A stretch of 64,000 bases of DNA from Blasia pusilla (lineage: Eukaryota), in the NCBI GenBank assembly GCA_050084515.1, contig CM114271.1, positions 11,532,001-11,596,000 of the forward strand. Direction: 5' to 3'. The position numbers were made by a program, and so were the translations under genes. The notes under the pieces are model-generated. The model was not told where the DNA came from. It ran no database searches and saw only the letters and a program-made list of their open reading frames with translations. Of this stretch, positions 59,601 through 64,000 are shown piece by piece (within the stretch, counting starts at the first letter, position 1; each line of letters starts with the position of its first letter).

Positions 59601-62600
59601 AGCGCAAAGACAGAGAGCCGCAAGTCTGTGAGTCCCACCCGTAAGACTAAGAAGGATGGGGAGAAGTCCGCCATTAGTGAGTTGGCAAAGCAAATGGCCG
59701 AACTAAAGGTACACTTGGCGGCCCAAAAAGATCCTGGAAGAAGGCCTGATCTTATGCGGCCTTACATATGGTGGAGCGCTTGTGGGACTCATGGGCATAT
59801 GGTACCAGAGTGCCTGCTTCAATGGGATTTACGTTGGATACTAGAAGAACCCTCAAGGGAGGAGGGATGGTATGAGCCATATCAGTGGGAAGGATGCTAC
59901 GTGGTTCAGATAGTTCCCGGGGCTAATACTCTTCACAATTGGATTCCCAAATACGTACCGCCTGATTTTGGAGAGCAGAGGCCTCTACGACAAATCATGG
60001 GATCCGCAACATTCACCTCATCAATCAAGAGGAATTTCTATTATAATTGTGGGGCAATCGATCACTGGGCAAAACATTGTCCAAATCCAAAGAGACGAGT
60101 AGGCTTGAATCTCTTGTGTGGTAATGGCAAGAAGGGAGGACACACTGCGGTGGAGTGCAAGGAGCCTCAAGTTCCTAGGATCTTGGTCAAATATGTAACC
60201 ACCCCACAGGCACCAACCGAAGCCAAGAATGATGTTAATGTGCAACTAGTATGTGTAGAAGATATCACTTCACCAAGACAGCCAAGGAAGGTTACCATTA
60301 AGGAAGAAGAACCTGCAAGGAAGATCAAGGAAGAGCCCTCAGACTGGCCCTCAGACATCCTCAACGAGGTCTTTGCAATGGAAACTAGGTCAAAGACTAA
60401 AAAGACCGCAAATGCAAAGACCCCACAGTCGTCATCTTTACGAAGTATCCCGGCTACGAAGAAAGCAGTCGAGACGTTTTGAGCAGAGAAGGCTATTCTG
60501 AAAGGTGATGTGGATCGGATGTTTGATCGTAATCATCGGAAGTACTTCCACCAAGAGGTGGAGGAGTAGATCTGCAACAAGTCCATGAAGAACGAGCAAG
60601 TGGAGTCTTCGCGCAAGGATCCTCACACAAGCAAAAAGAACCAAAGGTGGAGACCTCGATGGCTTCCCCTTTGGTGATGGAAGCCAATGACTTGTTGAAG
60701 GATTTGGAGGCCAGTCTAGCAAATATCTCCCTATTGCAGCTACTTATGGATAATCCCATTCATGGGAAGATTCTACAACAATGGAAGGCTGGGCGTAAGA
60801 AGAACGTAGGAACAAAGAAGCTCCCCGTGGTGAATCTGTTCCGCATAAAAGTTGAAGACCTTGGTGCGCCAGAAGTGGAAGTCAAAATTGAAGGGCATAC
60901 CATCAAGAAGGTCCCTATAGATTCTGGAAGTGGGATCAATATCATGATAGAGCAAATCGCTCATGCTTTGGGGTACACTAAGTATGAACCCACTGATAAG
61001 TAATTACGCTTTGCAGACCAGTCTTGTAAGCAACCTTTGGGGTAGCTTACCAAGATCCCCACAATGATAAGAGGAGTGCTATTTCTATTGGACTATCTTG
61101 TCCTTCAGCCTTTGACGATCACAGGTTACCCCCTACTCATCGGAAGACCGTGGCTCTATGGGGCTCAGGTTAACACGGATTGGGAGAGACAAAGATTCAC
61201 TTTCCAAGCACTGTACAGTACTCCAAAGAGGTTGGTGAAGTTGTCTTGGAAGTCTCTGCCTTCTCAAGGAGAGACACCTGCTGTGGATGAGGAGTATACC
61301 TCGGATCAAGACTTGGCAGCTGACAAGGAGTCCTCATCCTATGTGTGCTATCTGGAATATTATGAGAATAGATGAAGAGTACCTAGAGCTAAAAGAGAGT
61401 AAGTCATTTCCAAGAGAAGAGCGGGCTAGGCTCACTGCCTACCAATTCATAGAGAAGATGGTGCAGGAGAAAGACTACCAAGAAGTCCTTATCACTGACA
61501 CTAAGGCTTTGCATCTATCCACAGATTTGTCTGCGTCTGAACTTTCACAATATAAAACTTTGCTTTGAAGTACCTTGACGTGTTTTCCTACACCATGGAT
61601 GAGATGAAAGGAGTGTCAGCCAAGTATGGAGAGCATAGAATTGATTTACAGCCTGGAGCATCCCCTATAAGGATGAGTCAATATAGGTTGAATCCCAAGT
61701 ATTCGTTAGTGGTTAAGGATGAGATTGACAAGTGGTTGGAAGCAGAAGTCATATGTCTTGTGCTCAATAGTGAATGGGTGTCTCCCATAGTTATTATTCC
61801 AAAGAAATAGTAGGGGAAGATCAGGGTGTGTGAAGACTACAAGAAACTTAATGTAGCCACCCTGAAGGACCATCACCCACTACCCTTTACCGATACTATA
61901 TTAGATAAAGTGGCCGGTCATGAACATTATACGCTCTTGGATGGATGTTCAAGTTACAATCAAGTCTCTATTAGAGAAAAGGACCGGGCCCTGACTACCT
62001 TTCCTACGGATTGGGGCACTTTTGCCTATTGGATGATGCCTTTTGGACTATGCAACGCCCCAGCCACTTTCCAAAGAATGATGATTTCTATCTTTCAGGA
62101 ATACTTGCAAAGATTCATAGAGATCTTCCTGGATGAATTTTATGTCTTCAGTGTGCCATCCGAGCATTTGCAGAAGTTGGAGCTAAGCTTGGCTTAGTGC
62201 AGAGAAGTGCAGATGTCTTTGCACCTGGAGAAGTCTTACATTGTAATGAAGGAGGGTATCCTATTGGGGCATTGAGTGTCTTCACGTGGTATCGAAGTAG
62301 ATAAGGCTAAGGTGGAGATAATTTCAGAGTTGGAAGCACCCACGAGTCTTTGTGAGCTAAGAGGATTCTTGCCGCATGTGGGGTACTATCGCCAGTTCAT
62401 TAAAGATTACGCACTAAAGGCAAAGCCTTTAACTATCCTACTGCAGAAGACCAAGGAGTGGGAGTGGTCTCCAACTTGTCAAGCTGCATTCCAGGAGTTG
62501 AAGCAGGCGCTAATAACAACTCCAGTGCTTCGCCCTCCTGATTGGTCGAAGACGTTCCTGGTGTATGTCGACACCTCTTCGTTTGCAATTGGAGTAGTAC

Positions 62601-63040
62601 TAAGTCAGTTGGATGAGAAAAAAAAAGGATTACCCCGTCTACTATGCACGTCGGTAACTCTCAATTGCGAAGCAAAAGTACACGACTACGGAGAGAAAAG
62701 CCTTAGGAATGGTCTTTGCCTATAAGAAGTTTCGACATTACTTGCTGGGGTATCCGTTTGTCTTTCATGTCGACCATTTTGTGCTTCGTGCCTTAGTGAT
62801 CAAAGCGGAGTTGTCTGGGAGGATTGCTAGGTGAATGTTGTTGTTCCAAGAGTTCACCTTTGATGTAGTAACAAGAGCGGGGAAGATCCATACCAACACG
62901 GACTTCCTGTCGCGCTTGAGGGTGCCCATGACCAATCTCAAAAAGGCCCTGGAAGACAACTTTCCGGATGAAGATCTGTTCTTGGTGAGCAAAGAGATCT
63001 TGCAGGGGGAGGTGGTTGCAGCGACAAATTGGAGGGCGTG
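56700..63040 (+). mobile_element. Ty3/gypsy relic: leader/LTR-like region, gag with CCHC knuckles, PR, RT, RNaseH; integrase missing
   Basis: CGTHGHMVPEC, CGAIDHWAKHC, GHTAVEC (59274-60482). PIDSGSGINIM. SEWVSPIVIIPKK, MPFGLCNAPATFQR, FLDEF. VYVDTSSFAIGVVLSQ. 5' boundary uncertain. Confidence 0.85.
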
Positions 63041-63289
63041 ACGCATGCCCAACTTATCCGCGACACCAGCCCAACCAAGAACGAGCGCCGCACGTCATGC
63101 GCACTGGCCAAGCAAGGGTGGAATGCTCAATGTGTGCGGGCCCGAGTGCGGGCCACAGGCAACGTGGGCTCATGGAGCCCGCACGGACACGGACTTTGTC
63201 TTCGTGCAACCTTGATTCTGGTAGGCTTCTTCACTTTCTCCTCGTTCCCCCATTATCTTCAAACCATTCTTCTCTAACACGTTATTTCT

Positions 63290-63680
63290 AAAACTTGTTG
63301 GATTCCTACCACCTATCGGCATCCGACAGGTTGCATGACTCAAGTAGATTGGCCCTGAAAACGTGAAGAGTAAACATGAAGTGACCATGTGCATCTTCCA
63401 CTTTTTACGTCCTCTAGTACACTCCTAAAATCTGCCTCAATATTAGCCCAGATCTTCCATGCATGCCTACTCTATGGTGACTCTAGGAACACCTTCTTGA
63501 TTGATGCCACGTCTTGCAACAAGTTTGATTCAAATGGGTTGTACATGTTCAAACTTGTGAGAGGAAAGCCCCGGTAACTTGTCTTTATCTTGCAACCCGT
63601 CGGATTCCAACGGCTAGGAAGCTAAAGACAAAAAAAGATAGTGCTTGCAATCTGTCGGATTCTGACAAGTTGCAAGCACT
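63290..63680. repeat. Further degenerate copies of the GCAACCCGTCGGA palindrome
   Basis: tccgacaggttgca at about 63322, tgcaacccgtcggattccaacgg at about 63591, tgcaatctgtcggattctgacaagttgca at about 63646. Confidence 0.75.
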
Positions 63681-64000
63681 TTTAATAATTTCAGTTTCGC
63701 TCGCACCATGGTTGTGTCGAATGGGGTATTTGATATGGGGAATTCGAGATGCCTTCTAATTGGTTGTTAGATTTTCAGAAAGTGTTGGAGATGAGGGTGG
63801 GAGTCTTGGATAAAGAGCCCACTGTAGGGTATTTTCGAACACGGAGATGCAAGTGTTGTTCATTAGTAAATCCACCTATAAGTTCATTCATGATGGTGGG
63901 TTGGTGTCTCTACTAGGAGAGAGATGATGAACTCTCATTCACTTTCATGATTGAGTGTTGATGTAACGTTTCCATCTTCACATTTTGGTCTGAAAAAATG

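Overview
Repeat-dense eukaryotic window, inferred to be from a land plant and probably a non-seed plant such as a moss (spliceosomal introns, a plant-type thioredoxin-fold gene, plant TE families). One intact host gene is visible: a 5-exon thioredoxin-fold gene at 16545-17627 (-). The rest is mostly nested, decayed transposons. These are three copies of an APE-RT LINE that all abut (TC)n, a 12-kb Mutator-like element with TIRs, a TSD, a second gene and tandem arrays, several Ty3/gypsy relics, a CRE-like RLE fragment and a SWIM-finger relic. Two systems stand out. (1) A repeated, intron-containing gene fuses a ParB/Srx-like domain (WDGNHR) to a divergent beta-class N6A/N4C DNA-methyltransferase fold. 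Its introns and flanks carry dozens of regularly spaced ~27-bp palindromes (GCAACCCGTCGGANTCCGACGGGTTGC) arranged as large foldbacks. (2) A Ty3/gypsy element has a C5-cytosine DNA methyltransferase between protease and RT and a PHD finger after integrase. All domain calls are by-eye motif recognition; no database searches were run.
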